Both the position numbers and the translations under genes were made by a program. The notes under the pieces are model-generated. The model did not search any database, was not told the DNA's origin, and saw only the letters and a program-made list of their open reading frames with translations. DNA of 52,556 nucleotides, taken from NCBI GenBank assembly GCA_028867285.1, contig JAGWGP010000001.1:1-52556 (forward strand), read 5' to 3'. Below are positions 41,678-50,204 of the stretch, piece by piece (position 1 is the stretch's first letter; each line of letters starts with the position of its first letter). The stretch comes from Candidatus Micrarchaeota archaeon. GTDB lineage: Archaea > Micrarchaeota > Micrarchaeia > Micrarchaeales > Micrarchaeaceae.

Positions 41678-42415
41678 ATGGCAGTATCTGGCGTTGAACG
41701 TAACAACAAGGGCCATGTCGGCCAGCAAGGCGAACTCGCACACATCTACGTCGGAGCCGTGCAGCTTATCAAGCCCGGAGGCGAGGGAACGAGGCCGCAC
41801 ATGCCCGTTCCCAAATCCGCCATGGGGCTTTTGAGGCTGGGGATAGGGAGCCAGCTCATGATGCGCATAGACGAGCAAGAGCGGATAGTCCTCGCTCCCT
41901 CTTACGGGGAGGCGAAAATAGTTCCGTTTTCATGGCCCGGCAGGTATGAAGGGAATATGTGCCATGCCATATTGCCGAAATACATATGGCAGCACGTTAT
42001 CATATCGCAGACTACCTCGTTCAACGTGATTGTAGGCGAGGACAAGCTAATCTTCAAGCCGGTTGAGGGGGCCAACACCGTCAATTCAGGAGCTGCAAGG
42101 TGCTACGCCCATAACGGGTTGGTCAATCTGCACGTACTGAAGGAATTTGTGGTTGCGGCAGGACTGGCAGGCGTCAGCAAGGTCCAGTTCGCACCAACAA
42201 CCAACGGATTTGTAATGAGTAATGCAAAGGGCTTCGCAGTCACGGTATCCATATCTAACGCGTCTAACCCCAATGTCCCTATACCAAAGTCAATTGGGCT
42301 AAGGTGCAACAGGGAGGGGACGAAATTCCACGCGTATTTCATAGAAGGAAACCTGATCTACTCGAAAAAAGGCCCCCGAAACCAGTCCCGATTTCCAACT
42401 TCTCAAAACCATTAA
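41678..42415 (+). CDS. hypothetical protein with apparently four tandem AbrB/SpoVT-like (swapped-hairpin) repeats
   Basis: Four roughly 35-45-aa segments have the x-(I/V)P(K)-x(n)-G-x(n)-hydrophobic-strand pattern. They are HMPVPKSAMGLLRLGIGSQLMMRIDEQERIVLAP, CHAILPKYIWQHVIISQTTSFNVIVGEDKLIFKPV, LVNLHVLKEFVVAAGLAGVSKVQFAPTTNGFVMS and NVPIPKSIGLRCNREGTKFHAYFIEGNLIYSK. Confidence 0.45.
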   Translation: MAVSGVERNNKGHVGQQGELAHIYVGAVQLIKPGGEGTRPHMPVPKSAMGLLRLGIGSQLMMRIDEQERIVLAPSYGEAKIVPFSWPGRYEGNMCHAILPKYIWQHVIISQTTSFNVIVGEDKLIFKPVEGANTVNSGAARCYAHNGLVNLHVLKEFVVAAGLAGVSKVQFAPTTNGFVMSNAKGFAVTVSISNASNPNVPIPKSIGLRCNREGTKFHAYFIEGNLIYSKKGPRNQSRFPTSQNH

Positions 42416-42522
42416 AAAGCTTGACACGATCCTCCGTTTTCAAGCCCAGATCGCCAGCACACCACAAGGGTTTTAAAGCTAAAATCACAATGTTTTACTG
42501 ACGATTTATTCTGCTGATTGGG

Positions 42523-44439
42523 ATGAGCGAAAACGAGTACTCCGCAAAGGACATTATGGTCCTTTCCGGACCGCAGGGAGTGAGGAAGAGACCCGCAATG
42601 TACATAGGCTCCACCGGCAGCAAGGGCTTCCTCCACCTGCTCTACGAGGTGCTAGACAACGCCATCGATGAGACCCAGGCGGGCTACGCCACCAACGTCC
42701 TGATAAGGCTCACCAGGGAGGAGGAGGTGGACGTCGCGGAGATAAGCGACGACGGAAGGGGCATCCCGGTAGACATGATAGAGAAGGAGGGCAAGCCCGC
42801 GCTGGAGGTCATAATGACATCCCTGCACTCAGGCGCAAAGTTCGACAACAAGGCCTACAAGGTCGCCGGCGGGCTCCACGGGGTGGGGCTAACCGTAGTG
42901 AACTCGCTCTCCGAGTATACCGTGGTCACCGTAAAGAGGAACGGCAAGACATACAGGCAGACGTTCAGCAGGGGAGCGATCCTCACCCCTCTGGAGATAG
43001 TGGAGGAACAGAACGACGGGAAGACCGGCACGACGGTAAGGTTCAAGCCCGACACTACCATATTCTCCGCCAAGAACTTCAACTCGCTCGAGCTCACGGA
43101 GAGGCTGAAGGAGCTCGCATACCTCAACCCAGGAGCCCACATAACGCTTATCGATGCCAGGGACCCCACTGCCGAGATGTCAACCGAATACTTCTCCCAG
43201 AACGGGCTGAAGGACTTCATCGAGTTCGTGAGGGGAGGAAAGGAGGCGCTCACCAAGCCGATATTCATAAGGAAGGAGGCGGAGAGCATAAGGGTGGAGA
43301 TAGCGCTGCAGTACATAAACACCTACAGCGAGGATCTCCTCTCGTTCGTCAACAAGATAAAGACCCCGGAGGGAGGCACCCACGTCGTGGGCTTCCACAC
43401 CGCGGTGACCAGGGCGATAACCAACTACATGCAGAAGAGCGTCAAGAGGGGAAAGCAGTCGGCGGAGATCGAGGGGGACGACACGAGGGAGGGGATACTC
43501 GCCATAGTGTCGATAATGATGCAGAACCCCGAGTTCGAGGGGCAGACCAAGGAGAAGCTCGGCAACACCTACATCAAGAGCGTGGTCGACACCGCGGTGT
43601 ACAACGAGTTCTCCAGATACCTGGAGGAGAACCCCTCCGACGCCCAGGCGATCGCGAGGAAGGTGATGACCTCCGCAGAGGCCAGGGAGTCGGCGAGGAG
43701 GGCAAGGGACCTCGCCAGGAAGAAGAGCATGTTCGAGGGTGCCGTCCTCCCTGGCAAGCTCGCTGACTGCACGGAATCTGATCCAGAGAAGGCGGAGATA
43801 TTCATAGTAGAGGGAGAGAGCGCCGCCGGCTCGAGCAAGCAGGGGAGGGACAGGATGTACCAGGCCATACTCCCGCTCAAGGGCAAGATACTCAACGTGG
43901 AGAAGGCATCCGACGAGAAGATATTCAACAACGCCGAGCTGCACGCGATGGTCACCGCTTTCGGTGTCGGGATCAAGGAGTCGTTCAACCCGGAGAACCT
44001 CAGGTACAAGAAGGTTATACTGCTGACCGATGCAGATGTCGACGGCAGCCATATACGCACCCTCCTGATGACGTTCATCTACAGGTACATGAAGGCCCTC
44101 ATAGAGAAGGGAAACGTCTACATAGCACAGCCCCCGCTATACAGGGTGAGCAAGGGCAGGGAGCACAAGTACGTCTATTCCGACAGCGAGCTCAACACCG
44201 TGATGAAGGCCCATGACGGCAAGGCCGCGGTGCAGAGGTACAAGGGTCTCGGAGAGATGAACCCCGATCAGCTTTGGGAGACTACCATGAACCCGCAGAA
44301 CCGCGTGCTCAAGAGGATAACGATCAAGGACGCCCAGCTTGCCGATGCGCTGTTCTCGGTGCTGATGGGGCTGGACGTGGAGCAGAGGAGAAAGTTCCTG
44401 GAGGAGCACTCGCACGAGGTCTCGTTCCTGGACATATGA
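42523..44439 (+). CDS. gyrB: DNA gyrase subunit B
   Basis: GHKL ATPase (LHLLYEVLDNAIDE), TOPRIM (IFIVEGESAGGS-like EGESAAGS, LTDADVDGSHI) and the C-terminal QRYKGLGEMNP motif. Confidence 0.97.
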   Translation: MSENEYSAKDIMVLSGPQGVRKRPAMYIGSTGSKGFLHLLYEVLDNAIDETQAGYATNVLIRLTREEEVDVAEISDDGRGIPVDMIEKEGKPALEVIMTSLHSGAKFDNKAYKVAGGLHGVGLTVVNSLSEYTVVTVKRNGKTYRQTFSRGAILTPLEIVEEQNDGKTGTTVRFKPDTTIFSAKNFNSLELTERLKELAYLNPGAHITLIDARDPTAEMSTEYFSQNGLKDFIEFVRGGKEALTKPIFIRKEAESIRVEIALQYINTYSEDLLSFVNKIKTPEGGTHVVGFHTAVTRAITNYMQKSVKRGKQSAEIEGDDTREGILAIVSIMMQNPEFEGQTKEKLGNTYIKSVVDTAVYNEFSRYLEENPSDAQAIARKVMTSAEARESARRARDLARKKSMFEGAVLPGKLADCTESDPEKAEIFIVEGESAAGSSKQGRDRMYQAILPLKGKILNVEKASDEKIFNNAELHAMVTAFGVGIKESFNPENLRYKKVILLTDADVDGSHIRTLLMTFIYRYMKALIEKGNVYIAQPPLYRVSKGREHKYVYSDSELNTVMKAHDGKAAVQRYKGLGEMNPDQLWETTMNPQNRVLKRITIKDAQLADALFSVLMGLDVEQRRKFLEEHSHEVSFLDI

Positions 44440-44449
44440 GGTGGCGACC

Positions 44450-46870
44450 ATGGGAGAGATAATAGATACCTCTATAGAGAACGAGATGCAGTCCAGCTAC
44501 GTCGACTATGCGATGAGCGTCATAGTCGGAAGGGCCCTACCCGACGCAAGGGACGGCTTCAAGCCGGCGCAGAGGAGGATACTCTACGCCATGTACAAGC
44601 TCAACAACGTCCATGACCAGCCCACAAAGAAGAGCGCGAGGATTGTCGGAGAGGTGATAGGAAAGTATCACCCGCACGGCGATGTCGCGGTGTACGAGAC
44701 CCTGGTCAGGATGGCCCAGGACTTCACCATGAACCACAGGCTGGTGGAGGGACAGGGCAACATGGGCTCCATAGACGGCGATCCTCCGGCAGCCCAGAGG
44801 TACACGGAGGTGAGGTTGGAGAGGATAGCCGAGGAGATGCTGGAGGACATAGAGAAGAGGGCCGTCCAGTTCGCGCCGAACTTCGACAACACCGAGGAGG
44901 AGCCGCTCCTTCTGCCCTCAAAGGTCCCCAATCTCCTGCTCAACGGCGCCTCCGGAATAGCGGTGGGCGTGGCGACCAACATAATGCCGCACAACCTCTC
45001 CGAGATGTGCGACGCAATATGCGCCTACATAGACAACAGGGAGATATCGCCGGACGAGCTGCTCAACTACGTCAAGGGGCCCGACTTCCCCACCGGCGGC
45101 ACCATCTTCTACGGCCAGGGCCTCAAGTCCTCGTACATAAACGGGAGGGGAAACATAACGATACGGGGCAAGGCCTCCTTCGAGAAGATGAAGAACAGGA
45201 CCGCCATAATAATCACGGAAATCCCCTACATGGTCAACAAGTCGACCCTTGTGGAGGAGATAGCGAACAACGTCAAGAGCAAGCGCATACAGGGGATATC
45301 CGACCTCAGGGACGAGAGCGGGAAGGAGGGCATAAGGGTGGTCATAGAGCTGAAGCAGGACGCGGACCAGGATGTGGTGCTCAACTCGCTGTACCAGCAC
45401 ACGCGCCTCCAGACCTCGCTGCCGATAATAAACATCGCGGTCATAGGCAACAGCCTGGTCACGCTCAACCTGAGGCAGTTCATCAAGGTCTTCGTGGACC
45501 ACAGGATATCCGTCATAAGGAGCAGGACCAAGTACGACCTGGACATAGCGACCGACAGGCTCCACATAGTTGACGGGCTGATAACCGCAGTCAACGACAT
45601 AGACAAGGTCATCGCGATAATAAGGAAGAGCGCAGAGACGAAGGAGGCGAAGGCCTCGCTCATGGCAGGCTATTCCCTGAGCGAGAAGCAGGCCACTGCG
45701 ATACTGGACATGAAGCTCAGCAAGCTCACCAATCTTGAGACCTCGTCGCTGAGGGCCGAGAGGGAGGATCTTGGCAAGAGCATAGAGAGCCTGAGCTCCA
45801 TACTTGCGGACGAGGCTAAGATATACGCGATAATAAGGGAGGAGACGGCCTCGATAAAGCAGAAGTACGGGAGGGAGAGGCGCACGCAGATAGAGCACAA
45901 CGCCGATATCGAGTCGCTCACCAACGAGGACCTGATAGTGGACGAGGAGAGCACGATAATACTAACCAGCAACAACTACATGAAGAGGATACCCTCAAAG
46001 GTTTACAGGTCGCAGGACAGGGGCGGCAAGGGCGTCATAGCCATAGAGCTCAGGGAGGGTGACTTCGTAAGGCAGATGGTCTCCTGCATGTCAAAGGATT
46101 ACCTGCTAATGCTGACCAGCAAGGGCAGGGCATACTGGCTCAAGGCCTACCTGGTGCCAGAGGGCAGCAGGTACGGAATAGGCAAGGCGGCGGTCAACCT
46201 CGTGAAGCTGATGGAGGGCGAGAAGATAGAGCAGATAATAAACACGAGGACCTTCGCCGGGAGCTTCCTTACTTTCATCACAAGGAAGGGCAAGATAAAG
46301 AGGGTCACGGCCGAGAGCTTCTCGCACCCCAGGTCAAACGGCATACTCGCGATGCCCATACTTGAGGGCGACGAGCTGGCTGACGTCTGCGTATCAGACG
46401 GCAAGTCGGAGCTTTTCATAGCCACCAAGGCCGGGAAGGCGCTGAGGTTCAAGGAGACCGACATAAGGCCGATGGGAAGGGCGGCCCACGGGATAAGGGG
46501 CATAAGGCTCTCGGCCACGGACTCGGTCATCAACATAATCCCGGCCCTGGAGACCGAGCTTGTCGCCTCGATAACCGAGAAGGGGCTGGGCAAGGTCACC
46601 GAGCTCAACAAGTACAGGCTGCAGAGAAGGGGAGGCAAGGGCGTCATAAACGTCAGGACAAAGGACAAGACCGGGACGGTGGTCAAGGCCATCAAGGTCG
46701 GCAACGACGAGAACATACTGATGATAAACTCAAAGGGTCTCTCGATAACCTTCCCGGTGAGCAGCGTGAGGGTGACTGGTAGGGGTGCCACTGGCGTCAG
46801 GCTCATGAGGATGGACCAGGGCACTAGGATAGTGGACGCAAAGACGATAAAGGCCCAGCCTGTCAATTGA
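44450..46870 (+). CDS. gyrA: DNA gyrase subunit A
   Basis: [29 protein letters not shown] and the active-site region [15 protein letters not shown], followed by a beta-pinwheel CTD. ATG 44450 is preceded by GAGGTG; GTG 44441 is an alternative start. Confidence 0.97.
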   Translation: MGEIIDTSIENEMQSSYVDYAMSVIVGRALPDARDGFKPAQRRILYAMYKLNNVHDQPTKKSARIVGEVIGKYHPHGDVAVYETLVRMAQDFTMNHRLVEGQGNMGSIDGDPPAAQRYTEVRLERIAEEMLEDIEKRAVQFAPNFDNTEEEPLLLPSKVPNLLLNGASGIAVGVATNIMPHNLSEMCDAICAYIDNREISPDELLNYVKGPDFPTGGTIFYGQGLKSSYINGRGNITIRGKASFEKMKNRTAIIITEIPYMVNKSTLVEEIANNVKSKRIQGISDLRDESGKEGIRVVIELKQDADQDVVLNSLYQHTRLQTSLPIINIAVIGNSLVTLNLRQFIKVFVDHRISVIRSRTKYDLDIATDRLHIVDGLITAVNDIDKVIAIIRKSAETKEAKASLMAGYSLSEKQATAILDMKLSKLTNLETSSLRAEREDLGKSIESLSSILADEAKIYAIIREETASIKQKYGRERRTQIEHNADIESLTNEDLIVDEESTIILTSNNYMKRIPSKVYRSQDRGGKGVIAIELREGDFVRQMVSCMSKDYLLMLTSKGRAYWLKAYLVPEGSRYGIGKAAVNLVKLMEGEKIEQIINTRTFAGSFLTFITRKGKIKRVTAESFSHPRSNGILAMPILEGDELADVCVSDGKSELFIATKAGKALRFKETDIRPMGRAAHGIRGIRLSATDSVINIIPALETELVASITEKGLGKVTELNKYRLQRRGGKGVINVRTKDKTGTVVKAIKVGNDENILMINSKGLSITFPVSSVRVTGRGATGVRLMRMDQGTRIVDAKTIKAQPVN

Positions 46871-46926
46871 GTCCCGAAATACGCGCTTAATCTTATTAAC
46901 TTTCCCGTTGTTGATAATTGGGTTTG

Positions 46927-47436
46927 ATGATAACTGTGCTCTCCATCGGGGAGGGAGACTATAGGGTAAGGCTGAACATGTGCCTTACCGCCAGGGCCTT
47001 CGGGGCGGCGAAGATCGTGTTCATAGGCAGGAGGGACGGCAGGATCTCCAAGTACATCGCCAGGCTGAATTCCAAGTGGGGCGGGATGTTCAAGGTCGAC
47101 TTCTCCAGCAACGCTGGCAACACTATAAGGTCCTTCAGCAAGTACAAGAAGATATACCTCACCATGTTTGGGACGCCCCTGAAGCAGGTGGAGTACATGC
47201 TGAAGACGTACAAGAACATACTCTTGATAGTCACGGCCAGGGACTGGGAAGGGCAGCTGGCCAAGCTCACCGACTTCAACGTCAGCATAACCAACCAGCC
47301 CCACGCGCAGGTGGCATCGATTGCCATATTCCTTCACGAGTTCTTCAATGGCAGGGAGCTCGCCATACAGTTCCAGAACGCCAAATACAAGGCAATACCA
47401 AAGCCCAAGGGCGCGCAGATAAGGAAGCTCGGCTGA
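46927..47436 (+). CDS. trm56: tRNA (cytidine56-2'-O)-methyltransferase aTrm56 (SPOUT)
   Basis: CLTARAFGA...WGG.F.V...LTMFG...LLIVTA...DFNVSITNQPHAQVASIAIFLHEF matches the aTrm56 family signature. Confidence 0.85.
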   Translation: MITVLSIGEGDYRVRLNMCLTARAFGAAKIVFIGRRDGRISKYIARLNSKWGGMFKVDFSSNAGNTIRSFSKYKKIYLTMFGTPLKQVEYMLKTYKNILLIVTARDWEGQLAKLTDFNVSITNQPHAQVASIAIFLHEFFNGRELAIQFQNAKYKAIPKPKGAQIRKLG

Positions 47437-47438
47437 TG

Positions 47439-50195
47439 CTATACCGCCCAGTACTTCTTCGTCCTTATGAACGTCTTCTGCGCCTCCAGCAGGTCTATGA
47501 AAAACTCCCTCTCGTCGTGCCTGAACATCATCAGGGTCCTCGCCGCCGTCCTCGCACCCACTCCGTACACCGACAGCGCGATCGCCGCCCTGCCGCCGTA
47601 GGAATCCATCAGGCTGGCATACCTCATCATCTCCTCCATCACCCCGCGCTCCTTCGGCGACAGCCGCTTCCCTGACCTCCTCTTCTCCACCACCTCCTTG
47701 TATCCATCCCCGTCCACCGATATCAGTGGGCTGCCGCAGTTGGGGCACAGCAGCTTGTTCTCCCCCTTTATCTCAGTGAGCCTCCTTGAGAAGCTGAGCC
47801 CGCAGTATGTGCATATCAGCTTTATCTCCTTCTTCAATATGTGGCTCGCAAATGACTCCACCAGCTCTGCGTTGGGCGTGAGGGGGGTTATGAGCTCCCT
47901 CGTGTAATGCGCAGCGTTCAGTATCGCCCTAGATATGGGCGAGAGCTTGGACACCTCAATCTCCCTAATCATTATCTCTCCCGACTTTAGCATTTCCAGG
48001 TATGACACTGCAGAATTGGTGTCGAACATGTTCTCCATTATCTCGCGCGCCGCCTCGTCATGGACCGGGCTCCCCTCCAGCACCTTCATCAGCCTCCTGG
48101 CCATCGACTTAGATACGGCAGCCTCCCTGTCTATTATCCCGAACAGCTTGGCCACCACTATGAACTTGTACCTGAAGAGCTCGGACTCGGCTACCGCCTC
48201 CTTCACCAACCTGCCGAGCTGGCCCCCATCTATCCTTGCCAGTATGCTACCCACCTTGATGCCCTTCGGGAGCTCTATCATTATCATGTACGGCGAGGTC
48301 CTGACGTTCACCCCGGTCCCGGTCTTAACGCTGGCCAGATGCGCGATTACCCTCGCGAGCGCGTCATTCCCCTTGGTGCCGAGCCCGGTGTAAAGCAGCC
48401 TGTAGCCCTCAAACCCCTCGATTATCAGCTCGTCCGGGGCGAGCCCGAACGATTCCTTCTGCTCCGATGAGAAGCTCGCCATTATCCTCGACAGCTGCGC
48501 ATCGACCGACCCCTCGCCGCCCAAGCCCTTCGGGTCCTGGATTATCGAGAACACCCGCCTCGCCACCCCCTCGCTTACCGGTATGTCCTCGCCGGTCCAG
48601 TCCGGCACCGCCGCCTCTATCTCCATGCTCGGCTCGACGCTTATGACGTCCTTGTCTATGCTTATCACCTTCCACGGCAGCCCCTTCGTTATGAACACCG
48701 ATCCCTCCTCGACGTTGTTCGCCACGAACCTCTCATCGAGCGTAGATATCGTCCTGTTCTCGACTATGTTCTTCACCACGAAGCGCCTCACGTCCGGTAT
48801 CACGCTCAGGTGGCTGTAGTAGTACATCCTGGTCCTCGGGCCGCTCGTCACCGTCCTCCCGTCGTAGCCCACCAATCTCTGGCCCGTCATGAACGTGAGC
48901 AGCCTTGACACCGCATCAATACCCATCTCCCTGTAGACGTAGGACCCATTGATTACCTGCATAAGCTCCTCGACTGCTATGCTGCCCCTGTCAAGCGCGA
49001 TGCCGCATATCTGGTTGCAGAGCACGTCGAGCGCGTTGATGTGCATGGGGAAGCTCTCAAGTTTCTGGTCGCTAAGGTTGGCGACAACGGCCGCCGATTC
49101 TATCGCCTCGAGCACGCTGGGAGCGACTATGACCCCCTTGGCAGTCCCCCTGTGTGTATGCCCGCTCCTTCCAACCCTCTGCGATATCCTCAGGGCCTGC
49201 CTCGGGGATCCGTACTGTATCACGAGGTCTATGTTGCCTATGTCTATGCCGAGCTCAAGGGAGCTGGTGGCTATTATGCCCCTGAGCTCCCCATCCTTGA
49301 AACGCCTCTCTATCTCTATCCTCTCCTCCCTGTCGAGTGAGCTGTGGTGCACGCCTATGCCGCCGAAGGGCATCGCCTTGTTGAGGTAGACGAGCCTGCT
49401 CCCCAGGGCCTCGACCACCTGCCTGGTGTTCGCGAATATGAGCGTGGACCTCGAGTCTTTCACGTGGCCTGCCATTGCCTCCAGCCTGGCTATCGCCTGG
49501 TCGTCCAGCCCGAACTTCTCCTCAAGCTCCCTTATCCTTATGCCGGGCTTTGTGGGGAACTCTATCTTTATCTCGATGTCCTTCTTCCCTCCGAGGCTCG
49601 CCACATCCAGCTTCCTGTCGTTGCAGAGGAAGGCTCCGGCGCTCCTCACGTCTCCCACAGTCGCGCTTATCCCCACCCTCTGGAAGCCCGGCGCCATCGC
49701 CTCAAGCCTCTCCAGCGCAAGCGAGAGCTGAGCCCCCCTCTTGCTGTGGTACAGCTCGTGTATCTCGTCAACTATGACCGCCCTCACGTTCCTGAGCGCG
49801 AGCCCTATGGTCTTCGTGGGGAGTATGCTCTGCAGGGTCTCAGGGGTGGTTATCAGCAGGAACGGCGCAACCCTCGCCTGCCTCGCCCTCTCGCTCGGCT
49901 TTGTGTCCCCGTGCCTAACTGAGACGCTTATGCCCTCCTCCTTTCCCAGGAACTCCAGCCTCTTTACCATGTCCCTGTTCAGCGCCCTCAGCGGGGTTAT
50001 GTATATTATGCCGACGCCGTCCCTGCCCGCCTTGAGCGCCCTCTCCAGCACCGGCAGCACGGCGGCTTCAGTCTTGCCTGCGCCTGTGGGCGCTATTATC
50101 AGGCAGTTCCTTCCAGCCTCTATTATCGGTATCGCTATCCTCTGTATCTCGGTGTACGCCCCGTATCTCTTGAGGAAAGAGTCATAGATTCCCAT
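47439..50195 (-). CDS. lhr: Lhr-type ATP-dependent DEAD/DEAH-box helicase (918 aa)
   Basis: Q-motif/Walker A (TEIQRIAIPIIEAGRNCLIIAPTGAGKTEAA), DEIH box (VIVDEIHEL), motif VI (QRVGRSGH) and a Lhr-like C-terminal region with a zinc ribbon (CTYCG...CPNCG). Confidence 0.9.
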   Translation of the reverse strand: MGIYDSFLKRYGAYTEIQRIAIPIIEAGRNCLIIAPTGAGKTEAAVLPVLERALKAGRDGVGIIYITPLRALNRDMVKRLEFLGKEEGISVSVRHGDTKPSERARQARVAPFLLITTPETLQSILPTKTIGLALRNVRAVIVDEIHELYHSKRGAQLSLALERLEAMAPGFQRVGISATVGDVRSAGAFLCNDRKLDVASLGGKKDIEIKIEFPTKPGIRIRELEEKFGLDDQAIARLEAMAGHVKDSRSTLIFANTRQVVEALGSRLVYLNKAMPFGGIGVHHSSLDREERIEIERRFKDGELRGIIATSSLELGIDIGNIDLVIQYGSPRQALRISQRVGRSGHTHRGTAKGVIVAPSVLEAIESAAVVANLSDQKLESFPMHINALDVLCNQICGIALDRGSIAVEELMQVINGSYVYREMGIDAVSRLLTFMTGQRLVGYDGRTVTSGPRTRMYYYSHLSVIPDVRRFVVKNIVENRTISTLDERFVANNVEEGSVFITKGLPWKVISIDKDVISVEPSMEIEAAVPDWTGEDIPVSEGVARRVFSIIQDPKGLGGEGSVDAQLSRIMASFSSEQKESFGLAPDELIIEGFEGYRLLYTGLGTKGNDALARVIAHLASVKTGTGVNVRTSPYMIMIELPKGIKVGSILARIDGGQLGRLVKEAVAESELFRYKFIVVAKLFGIIDREAAVSKSMARRLMKVLEGSPVHDEAAREIMENMFDTNSAVSYLEMLKSGEIMIREIEVSKLSPISRAILNAAHYTRELITPLTPNAELVESFASHILKKEIKLICTYCGLSFSRRLTEIKGENKLLCPNCGSPLISVDGDGYKEVVEKRRSGKRLSPKERGVMEEMMRYASLMDSYGGRAAIALSVYGVGARTAARTLMMFRHDEREFFIDLLEAQKTFIRTKKYWAV

Positions 50196-50204
50196 GCGCC
50201 TACC

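Noticed and set aside
46147-47748. 533-aa minus-strand ORF spanning the gyrA 3' end, trm56 and the lhr 3' end
   Set aside because: It crosses three independently well-supported genes and an intergenic gap. Its Gly/Arg/Glu/Val/Pro-rich low-complexity translation marks it as an antisense artefact.
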